A stretch of DNA of 64,000 bases from Gemmataceae bacterium (GTDB lineage: Bacteria > Planctomycetota > Planctomycetia > Gemmatales > Gemmataceae). The DNA lies in assembly GCA_036266155.1 (NCBI GenBank), contig DATANR010000134.1, positions 21,526 through 85,525 on the forward strand, given 5' to 3'. The notes under the pieces are model-generated. The model saw only the letters and a program-made list of their open reading frames with translations, searched no databases and had not been told where the DNA came from. Below are positions 57,373-64,000 of this stretch, in pieces (positions within the stretch are counted from its first letter, which is position 1; each line of letters opens with the position of its first letter). The translations under genes were made by a program, and so were the position numbers.

Positions 57373-58719
57373 TCACGGCTTCACCCGCACAAACTCCAGA
57401 ATCTGGCGACGTTTCCCATCCTTCGGATCGGCTGAGAAACTCTCCGGCGGCTTTCCGTCGGCCTGGTCACACATCCGCAATGTGTCACCTACGACTTCAT
57501 AGATGCCGGCGTGGACCTTCCCGTCGGCCAGCGGCTGCCTGTAGACGTGGGGCTTCTTCGCCTGATCGACGGTTATCGTGCTCTTCGACGTTTTCTTCTT
57601 GCCACCAGATTCCGTCTCGACCGACATCTCGTGGCCGTTGATCGTCATTTGGTAGTACGACGAGACCGCGAGAAAACTCTTTTCGCCCGGCGTGTATTTG
57701 TCGTACAGCGTCACGAGCTTCCAAGTTCCGTTGAGATTCGGATCGGATTTGCCCGAAACGGTTTCCTTCGCAGCGGTCTGCGGGGCAACCGCGTCAGGCG
57801 CGGTTTCCTTCGCAGCATTCAGCGGTGCAATCGCATCGCTTAGCCGAAACTCGCTGACTGTGGCGCCCTTCGCGATGGTGAACAGAAAGCCGAGCTTGGT
57901 CGGCGTTTGCTTGGGTGCGATCCGGATCGGTCCAACCGGATCGCCAGGCACGCGCGGCCAGATGTTGAGCGCGACATTTGACTTTGTGTTGCTCACGATG
58001 ATCGGGTCGCCATCCTTGGCGACGCTGATCGAGGTGGGGATCGTGTACCAGGTTTCGTTCGGCCCATCGTCCAGCATCGCGAAGCCCATGGCCGTTCGCC
58101 GCACTGTGTCCGCTTGCGCCGATTCGCGGGCCACCAGCATCACGCTGAAAAAATCGAAGCCTTGGTCCTTTTTCGGGTCGTCACTGGTGATATCGCAGAA
58201 GACTTCGACCAGTTCGTGACTCTCGTCCGCATCAATGATCCGGTTGAAATCCGCCTTCGCCTGCTTGGGCTTCCGCACGACGATATTGCTGACTTTCCAG
58301 ATCGCCGGCTTCGGCGGCGCGATCTCGACCGTTGGCTTGTCCTTCGTCTTTTCCGGTTGAGTTTTCTCGGTGATGCTTGTGGGAGGCGACTTGAGAGGTT
58401 CAGTCTTCGGAACCGTCACGGCCGCAACTGGCGTCGTCGATTCGGCGGCGGCGACCATGCGTGGGCTCTTTCCCATCGTCGAGCCGACGACGATGCCCGC
58501 AACTGCCGCCAGAATGACGAGTACCCCGGCGCCCGCGACCAACGGCCGGCCGATCCGAAAGCCATTCGCCGCGGTCGGCTCGGCTTCGGCTGGCACTGGA
58601 CGGACGATTGTCCGTCTCTGACACTTCGGGCAGGAAACTCGTTTACCAGCCGCCGCTGCCTTGGCACGCAACGGTCGATGACAATGGTCGCATTCGAATT
58701 GGATCGTGGCGGCGTGCAT
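57373..58719 (-). CDS. zinc-ribbon / single-TM / C-terminal TIGR03067-domain protein
   Basis: 448 aa from MHAATIQFECDHCHRPLRAKAAAAGKRVSCPKCQRR (the track start is a TTG 2 codons upstream). TM LVAGAGVLVILAAVAGIVVGS. C-terminal LNGTWKLVTL..AGIYEVVGDTLRMC..PPESF matches TIGR03067. Confidence 0.75.
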   Translation of the reverse strand: MHAATIQFECDHCHRPLRAKAAAAGKRVSCPKCQRRTIVRPVPAEAEPTAANGFRIGRPLVAGAGVLVILAAVAGIVVGSTMGKSPRMVAAAESTTPVAAVTVPKTEPLKSPPTSITEKTQPEKTKDKPTVEIAPPKPAIWKVSNIVVRKPKQAKADFNRIIDADESHELVEVFCDITSDDPKKDQGFDFFSVMLVARESAQADTVRRTAMGFAMLDDGPNETWYTIPTSISVAKDGDPIIVSNTKSNVALNIWPRVPGDPVGPIRIAPKQTPTKLGFLFTIAKGATVSEFRLSDAIAPLNAAKETAPDAVAPQTAAKETVSGKSDPNLNGTWKLVTLYDKYTPGEKSFLAVSSYYQMTINGHEMSVETESGGKKKTSKSTITVDQAKKPHVYRQPLADGKVHAGIYEVVGDTLRMCDQADGKPPESFSADPKDGKRRQILEFVRVKP

Positions 58720-58797
58720 GGCCAATCATCCCTACGGGGAGAAACGCCTGTTCTCCTTACTTACCGGGATAATGTGGCATGCGTTACAAGTTGGTGA

Positions 58798-60807
58798 TCA
58801 CTTCCCCTCTTTCACCTTCTCCAACTCAATCTCTGCCTTGAGCCGGGCGGCTTTGGCGCGAACGAGGCCCTGCTTCGATTGCTGACCGGCGTCATAGAGC
58901 TTTGTCATCGTCAGCTCGTATTCGCGGAGGTACTTCAACAGCTTCTCCAGGGCCGCGATTTTGGCTTCTTGCGTCGTGGCCAGATCCACCTCGGCATCGG
59001 CCAACTCGTGCACCGCGTCGAACAACGATGTCATCGAGTCCTTGCCCTGCTCGACTCGTTCAGTTTGCGTTTTCAGTTGTTCCTCGAGCGCCTTTACCCG
59101 CTCCTGCTTCAGTTCGTGCAGTCGCCCGGCAGGCAGCTTTGTTGTCGGCGGCGATGGCGGCGTTGTTGTCGGCGCCGGCGGCAGCTTCGCTTCCGAACCT
59201 TCGCGGACGAAGTACATGGTCGGCGGTCCGTCGGCGGCGTCAAACGTCGTCGGCCGATCCTTGGTATTCTCGTTGAGCCGCAGCTTCAAGACGTCGCGAT
59301 CGCGGGAGTAAATCCCCATCATGCGCAGGCCGCGGGACTCCGGACGGCCGGCGACGATCGTCATGTCGATCTGCCGAGGCGACGGTTCAAGATTGAGCGA
59401 ATAGTCCGCTTCGGTGAGCGGCACGCGGTCTGGCGGTGGTCGGAACGTGAGATGCTGACCTTTGAAGAGAAGGTTGGTGCCGGCCGTCTCGCGCCGCACG
59501 CCGCCTTGCTCCACCGCGACCAGCGTCCACGCTCCTTCGAGCGCCTTGCGTTCGTCGGCCGCCGGGTCTTTCGGCTGCTCCTTGGATCGTCGCAAAACGA
59601 TGTGCGTGAACGGCGGCCCCTTGTCGCTCGGCTCGAATGAATCAGGGCGTTCGTCCAAGTCGACGATGCCGAGGACTAGGTGCAACTTCTCGCCCTCAAA
59701 ACGGTAGATCGCGGGAATGCGAACCGTCGTCTTGGTCGTACCCGAGAGTACGTTCTGCATTTCAAAATCGATTCGCTTCTGATCCCATCCTGGATCGAGC
59801 GTGTAGAGACGCGGTCGGCCAGTGAAGCGACTGAAGCGCACGCTCGATCCGTCGAAAATCATTTCCTCATCCACCCAACTTGAAACGTCGTCGCCGCCGC
59901 TGCGCCGGGCGGACTCGATGACCCAGGCGCCTTTGAACCGCTCCGCATCGGAACGTGCCGGTTTCGTCGACTCGACGGATGGCGGCTGCTTGGGTGCATC
60001 CTTCGCACCGGGAGTTGGCCCAGCGCCGGCTGCCGGAACGAGCACGATACCCGCCGTCGCAGTCCCCAGCAGACAGACGCCGATCGCCGCCAGATTCGTC
60101 AGCTTCGTGATTGCCATGGCTCGGATCACTCCTTCGGCTAATTCGCGGGCGGCCGTGCTGCCGGCCAATCTTGTGGAATCGATCAACGCGGCCGGCACCG
60201 ACTCCGGCGCCAGGGCCGCTACAGTCAACACGCTGGGCACAATGCCGAGGCGCGTGAGTTTCATTCGTAATTTGACGCGAGCCCTTGCGAGCCGGCTGGA
60301 CAGCGTGCCTTCGCCGACGCCCAACTCCGCGGCCGCTTCGGCACGTGATCGACCGAGCACATCACATAGCAGGATCGGCCCGCGGTCGCGATCGGACAGC
60401 TTTGCCACGGCTGCGTCGAAGTGAGGAATCCAATCGACCGCGGTCTGTGCTGGTGGAGCGGCAATCGCGTCGAATTCCACCGAAGCCGGCAGACGCCGCG
60501 ACCGGCGTGCCTTGTTCGCCACGCGGACAGCGACGGCATACAGCCAGCGACTCAAACTGTCGGGCCGAATTGTGTGGGCCTTGCGGGCGAGGACCAGAAA
60601 CGCGGCTTGAAAGGCGTCTTCCGCATCGTGCACGTGTCCGAGGGATCGGCGACAGACCGCAAAGACCATTGGCCCGTGCCGGCGGACGAGTTGCGTGAAC
60701 GCGATTTCATCGCGCGTGGCGACGAACCGATGCAGCAGCTCGGCATCCGACGTGATCCCGTCCGCGACGAGCCGGTTTACGGTCCGGGCGAGCGTGTCGG
60801 CAACCAT
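58798..60807 (-). CDS. ECF sigma-70 factor fused to TM helix, two TIGR03067 domains and a coiled coil (paralogue 1)
   Basis: 669 aa from MVADTLARTV (cat 60805-60807). Sigma region 2 FTQLVRRHGPMVFAVCRRSL..DAEDAFQAAFLVLARKA. Region 4 ILLCDVLGRSRAEAAAELGVGEGTLSSRLARARVKL. TM LAAIGVCLLGTATAGIVLV. FKGAWVIESA.. and LEGAWTLVAV..MGIYSRDRDVLKL..RPTTFDA. Confidence 0.85.
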   Translation of the reverse strand: MVADTLARTVNRLVADGITSDAELLHRFVATRDEIAFTQLVRRHGPMVFAVCRRSLGHVHDAEDAFQAAFLVLARKAHTIRPDSLSRWLYAVAVRVANKARRSRRLPASVEFDAIAAPPAQTAVDWIPHFDAAVAKLSDRDRGPILLCDVLGRSRAEAAAELGVGEGTLSSRLARARVKLRMKLTRLGIVPSVLTVAALAPESVPAALIDSTRLAGSTAARELAEGVIRAMAITKLTNLAAIGVCLLGTATAGIVLVPAAGAGPTPGAKDAPKQPPSVESTKPARSDAERFKGAWVIESARRSGGDDVSSWVDEEMIFDGSSVRFSRFTGRPRLYTLDPGWDQKRIDFEMQNVLSGTTKTTVRIPAIYRFEGEKLHLVLGIVDLDERPDSFEPSDKGPPFTHIVLRRSKEQPKDPAADERKALEGAWTLVAVEQGGVRRETAGTNLLFKGQHLTFRPPPDRVPLTEADYSLNLEPSPRQIDMTIVAGRPESRGLRMMGIYSRDRDVLKLRLNENTKDRPTTFDAADGPPTMYFVREGSEAKLPPAPTTTPPSPPTTKLPAGRLHELKQERVKALEEQLKTQTERVEQGKDSMTSLFDAVHELADAEVDLATTQEAKIAALEKLLKYLREYELTMTKLYDAGQQSKQGLVRAKAARLKAEIELEKVKEGK

Positions 60808-60840
60808 CCGGGGCCCTCGGATCAATTCCGTCTACCATAT

Positions 60841-60869
60841 CTTGCCCCAAGGGATGGTAGCGCGTCCAT
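60841..60869 (-). promoter_or_regulatory. conserved ATGGACGCGC-N13-GGCAAG motif upstream of ECF paralogue 1
   Basis: rc of gcgcgtccat (60860-60869) and of cttgcc (60841-60846). The same motif with the same spacing lies upstream of paralogue 2, while the 13-nt spacer differs. Confidence 0.4.
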
Positions 60870-61138
60870 TTATTTGTTGCGGACAACTTGAAGTGCAGCA
60901 GGAATTGGTTGAAACCCAGAGACAGGCACTGCTTGATTCTTGGTGCTTTACTTACCCTCTCGGCACGGTCGCATCGTGCTGGGCCGGCATTCCGGTCCCG
61001 TTGTTGTGCTCCGCAGAGTTGGCGACCTTCCTTTTTGAAAAAGCCCGTTTTCCGCGGCAATTTGAGTAAGGTCGCCAAGATCGCCACGCTTTTGCCACAC
61101 CCACCCCTGACGATTTCATTGCATTGCATCCGACATTC

Positions 61139-61163
61139 CCCCCTCTCCGCTCTCGAGAGGGGG
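61139..61163. repeat. GC-rich hairpin of the CCCCTCTC..GAGAGGGG type
   Basis: ccccctctc (61139-61147), loop cgctctc, gagaggggg (61155-61163). It lies 27 nt downstream of the stop of ECF paralogue 2. The stem sequence is the same family as the hairpins at 44421-44520. Confidence 0.7.
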
Positions 61164-61189
61164 AGTAAGACCGATCTCTGAACCCGCCG

Positions 61190-63325
61190 TCACTTTCCAT
61201 CCTTCAACTTCTCTAACTCAATCTCCGCCTTGAGCCGGGCGGCTCGGACCTGGGCGACTGTGTGTTTCGTCTGCAGTTCAACTAACGGCTTCAACCCCGG
61301 CTTTGGCCCAGCCGGCAGGTTTGCCACGAATTCTTCGATTTCACGCAGTTGTTTTGTCCACTTTTCGATCGCCGCGATTCTGCTTTCGCGTGTCGTCGCC
61401 AGTTCCCGTTCGGAGTCGGCCAGCTCTCGAATCGCATCGAGCAACACAACCATTGAATCCTTGCCGATCTTGACGCGCTCGAACTGGTCGAGAAGCTGTT
61501 CCTCCAGGGCCTTCACCCGTTCCAATTGAAGATCGCGCAGCCGCTTGTTCGTCGTCGAAGTCACCGATTTCTGTTTGAGAGCCGGCGGCGAAGTCCCCGC
61601 CGGCCGCAGCAACTCCAACGCTGAGCGTGAGGACAGCGTCCGAGCCCGCATGAACACGTACGCGGCTCCGTCTTTGCCGGCGGTCTCAAAACTCGATGGG
61701 CGATCGGCGCCTCCGAGTGCCAGGTTCAAGAACACGCCGTGGCGGGCAAAGACGCCGCGTACACTTGCGCCTTTCTTGTATCCGCCTCCATCCTCCGAGA
61801 TCGTCAGGTCGATGTGCCATGGACTGGATGCGAGATCGATCGTAAACGTGGCATGGAGCGGGTCCGAGCCAGGGACGTCGAATCGGAGGCGATTGCCTTT
61901 GACAACGAGCTGAGTGTCCCGCGCCGGTTGCTCCTGACCCTTGACCGTTTCCAACAAACCCACCCACGTTCCCTGGAGGCCGTCGTGCTCGACGCTGTCC
62001 TGTAGCTTGCGTTCGTTGTCAGTGGGACGGCGAAGAAACAGATGCACGAACGGCGATTTCGGCCCGGACCACTCGAACGAGTCCGGCCGTTCGCGGAGTT
62101 CTTCGTCGCCGAGCACAATCAACAGTGTTTCCCCATCAAACTTGTAAATGCTCGGCCGCAGAATGTCGTTCCGCTGACCACTGAGGCCGCCCTGAGCTTC
62201 GCGGAACGTAAAGTCGATCCGCTTCGGGTCGCGGGCCGGATCGAGATGAAAAAGACGGAGGCTTCCCGGCAGCAAAATGGATTCCACGCGATCGCCCGTG
62301 AACGTAACAGTTCGGCCTTTGGCGTCGTTAGCCCAGGTCAAATTGTTGCGTCCACCGCCAAATCCGGTGCCGGCGCTACTAAGGACATCCGGGCTCGCCT
62401 TCGCCGACTCAATGATCCACGTCCCCTGAATCCGCGCAAGATCCGTATCTGCCTTCGGCGCCTCCTTTGTGGGCATCGAGGTCTTCGGATTCTCCGTGCT
62501 CTGCGTCGCCGGATCGGCCCCCGCCGCCGGCAGCCACGCGAAGCCGATCCCGATTGCTCCGAGGACCAGAACACTCGCGGCGGCGAGCTTCAGAATCTTG
62601 CTGAAAAACATGGTTTGTATCACTCCGGCAGCCAGTTCGTGAGCCGTGCTCGTCGAGGTGCTGGCCGCGATGGTTGATTCGAGCAATGACGGCCGCACCG
62701 TGGCCGTCGCCTGGCCCGTCAGTCCGGCAACGAGCGCCGGCGCCGACAATGCCGATCCCAGATGTGCCAACCTCAGCCGCAACTTCTCGCGGGCCCGCGT
62801 CAGCCGGCTGGAGAGCGTCCCCTCCGCGATGCCCAACTCGGCGGCCGCCTCCGCGCGCGATCGACCGAGCAGGTCGCAGAGCAGTATTGGTTGTCGGTCG
62901 CGTTCGGGCATCCGTGCCAACGCTGCGTCCAAGATCGGAATCCAATCCATCGATTGCGGTCCCGGCGGAGCAGCCACGGCATCGATGTCCGCCGCGCTCA
63001 TCCGCCGTCGCGACCGCCGCAGTCTTGCCTTGTGCGCGACGCGCACGGCGACGCCATACAGCCAGCGACTCACGCCATCGGATCGGATCAACTGCGCCTT
63101 GCGGGCGAGAATCAGAAACGTGGCCTGGAACGCATCCTCCGCGTCCTGCACGTGACCGAGCGATCGACGACAAACGCCGAAGACCATCGGCCCGTGCCGG
63201 CGAACGAGTTGCGCGAACGCATTCTCATCGCGCGTGGCGACGAACCGGCGCAACAACTCATCGTCCGACGTGAAACCGTCGGCGACTAGCCGGTTCACGG
63301 TCTGCACGAGCGTGTCGGCAACCAT
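61190..63325 (-). CDS. ECF sigma-70 factor fused to TM helix, two TIGR03067 domains and a coiled coil (paralogue 2)
   Basis: 711 aa. The N-terminal ~200 aa are closely similar to paralogue 1 (MVADTLVQTVNRLVADGFTSDDELLRRFVATRDENAFAQLVRRHGPMVFGVCRRSLGHVQDAEDAFQATFLILARKA). The C-terminal ARLKAEIELEKLKDGK is shared with paralogue 1. Confidence 0.85.
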   Translation of the reverse strand: MVADTLVQTVNRLVADGFTSDDELLRRFVATRDENAFAQLVRRHGPMVFGVCRRSLGHVQDAEDAFQATFLILARKAQLIRSDGVSRWLYGVAVRVAHKARLRRSRRRMSAADIDAVAAPPGPQSMDWIPILDAALARMPERDRQPILLCDLLGRSRAEAAAELGIAEGTLSSRLTRAREKLRLRLAHLGSALSAPALVAGLTGQATATVRPSLLESTIAASTSTSTAHELAAGVIQTMFFSKILKLAAASVLVLGAIGIGFAWLPAAGADPATQSTENPKTSMPTKEAPKADTDLARIQGTWIIESAKASPDVLSSAGTGFGGGRNNLTWANDAKGRTVTFTGDRVESILLPGSLRLFHLDPARDPKRIDFTFREAQGGLSGQRNDILRPSIYKFDGETLLIVLGDEELRERPDSFEWSGPKSPFVHLFLRRPTDNERKLQDSVEHDGLQGTWVGLLETVKGQEQPARDTQLVVKGNRLRFDVPGSDPLHATFTIDLASSPWHIDLTISEDGGGYKKGASVRGVFARHGVFLNLALGGADRPSSFETAGKDGAAYVFMRARTLSSRSALELLRPAGTSPPALKQKSVTSTTNKRLRDLQLERVKALEEQLLDQFERVKIGKDSMVVLLDAIRELADSERELATTRESRIAAIEKWTKQLREIEEFVANLPAGPKPGLKPLVELQTKHTVAQVRAARLKAEIELEKLKDGK

Positions 63326-63359
63326 CCAGGGTCCTCGGTGTCAGGTCCGACAAGTATGC

Positions 63360-63388
63360 CTTGCCCGCTCGGGCCGCGGCGCGTCCAT
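63360..63388 (-). promoter_or_regulatory. conserved ATGGACGCGC-N13-GGCAAG motif upstream of ECF paralogue 2
   Basis: rc of gcgcgtccat (63379-63388) and of cttgcc (63360-63365). It overlaps the stop codon of the upstream gene. Confidence 0.4.
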
Positions 63389-64000
63389 CATTTTTTCGCA
63401 GGCTTCAAAGATTTGGCCCATTCATCAAACTCGGGCCGGCCGCGGAGGACCGCGAGATCGGTGTCCTTGACGCGAATGTGCTCGACATCGGTCGCCGTGG
63501 CCGGGTAACCGACGGCCTCCGCTTTCTTGAGCCAGGTCATCGCCTTGCCGCACAATTCATCGCGCGCCGATCCCTCAGCGCCTGTGGCCAGACGTGCGAA
63601 GAAGCAACCAATGTTGTAAGCCGGCACCGCGGTCCAACTCGGTAGATCGGGATTCAGGTCACCCATCATCTGGATGGCTTCGAGCCTTGAGCCGCTCTCC
63701 AACAAATCGCGGGCGTGACCCACCATCAAGTTTTGGCGTATTTGATGGAACCAGAGCCCCTTCGGCAGTTCGCTGAATGCGGGGAAGTCGCGGAACAAAG
63801 CACTCATCAGTTCGACGGCGCGACCGGATGCGACCGCCGCCTCCCTGAACCGCTTTTTCGCTCCGCGAAGTTCCGATAGGAGGGAGTAGGCCTGGACGGT
63901 TTGCATTCGATAGGGGAACGCTCGCGGCTGACCGACGATGAGTGACTCATAATCGCGGGCCACCTCCTCGATCAGTCGTTCGGCCTGATCGGCCCGTCCC
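63388..64000 (-). CDS. C-terminal part of a TPR-like helical-repeat protein; start beyond the right edge
   Basis: The track start at 63963 is a GTG. The frame stays open upstream to the window end (..GRADQAERLIEEVARDYES..). Helical-repeat composition. Confidence 0.6.
   Translation of the reverse strand, partial: GRADQAERLIEEVARDYESLIVGQPRAFPYRMQTVQAYSLLSELRGAKKRFREAAVASGRAVELMSALFRDFPAFSELPKGLWFHQIRQNLMVGHARDLLESGSRLEAIQMMGDLNPDLPSWTAVPAYNIGCFFARLATGAEGSARDELCGKAMTWLKKAEAVGYPATATDVEHIRVKDTDLAVLRGRPEFDEWAKSLKPAKK

Overview
High-GC chromosomal segment: hand-counted 60-nt samples give about 65-78% GC, and I did no whole-window calculation. Gene content points to Planctomycetota, probably Gemmataceae: DUF1501, a PSCyt1-type cytochrome fused to WD40, TIGR03067 domains, a DUF1559-like pilin, LEDR-type giant secreted proteins and membrane-tethered ECF sigma factors. 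About 45 CDS are supported. Housekeeping anchors are scpB, rph, argB-argD-argF and pheT. The accessory content falls into five groups. (1) A 2.7-kb low-GC cassette (~22.95-25.66 kb) carries a translationally coupled ABC-ATPase + DUF4435/Toprim gene pair. This is the split-OLD, PARIS-like defence architecture and my best candidate for the system of interest. It sits beside a RepA/AAA_25-like ATPase with iteron-like repeats and a gene fragment at the junction. (2) An 18-kb type IV pilus/T2SS-like operon (37.6-55.4 kb) has two PilB/GspE ATPases, PilT, PilC/GspF, five unusually large pseudopilins and a 1773-aa GspK-like giant. No prepilin peptidase, secretin or PilMNO is present in the window. (3) Two tandem membrane-tethered ECF sigma paralogues with periplasmic TIGR03067 domains lie next to a zinc-ribbon/TIGR03067 protein and share a conserved upstream motif. 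(4) A 929-aa orphan protein has an unknown N-domain, TPR-like repeats and a propeller-like C-terminal half. (5) There is a set of long intercistronic hairpins and palindromic repeats: a perfect 25-bp hairpin, a 104-nt hairpin built from 9-mers, and a two-copy palindromic element. I recognised no rRNA, tRNA, CRISPR array, transposase or integrase. All calls come from reading the sequence and the ORF track. No searches were run, so family assignments rest on motif recognition from memory.
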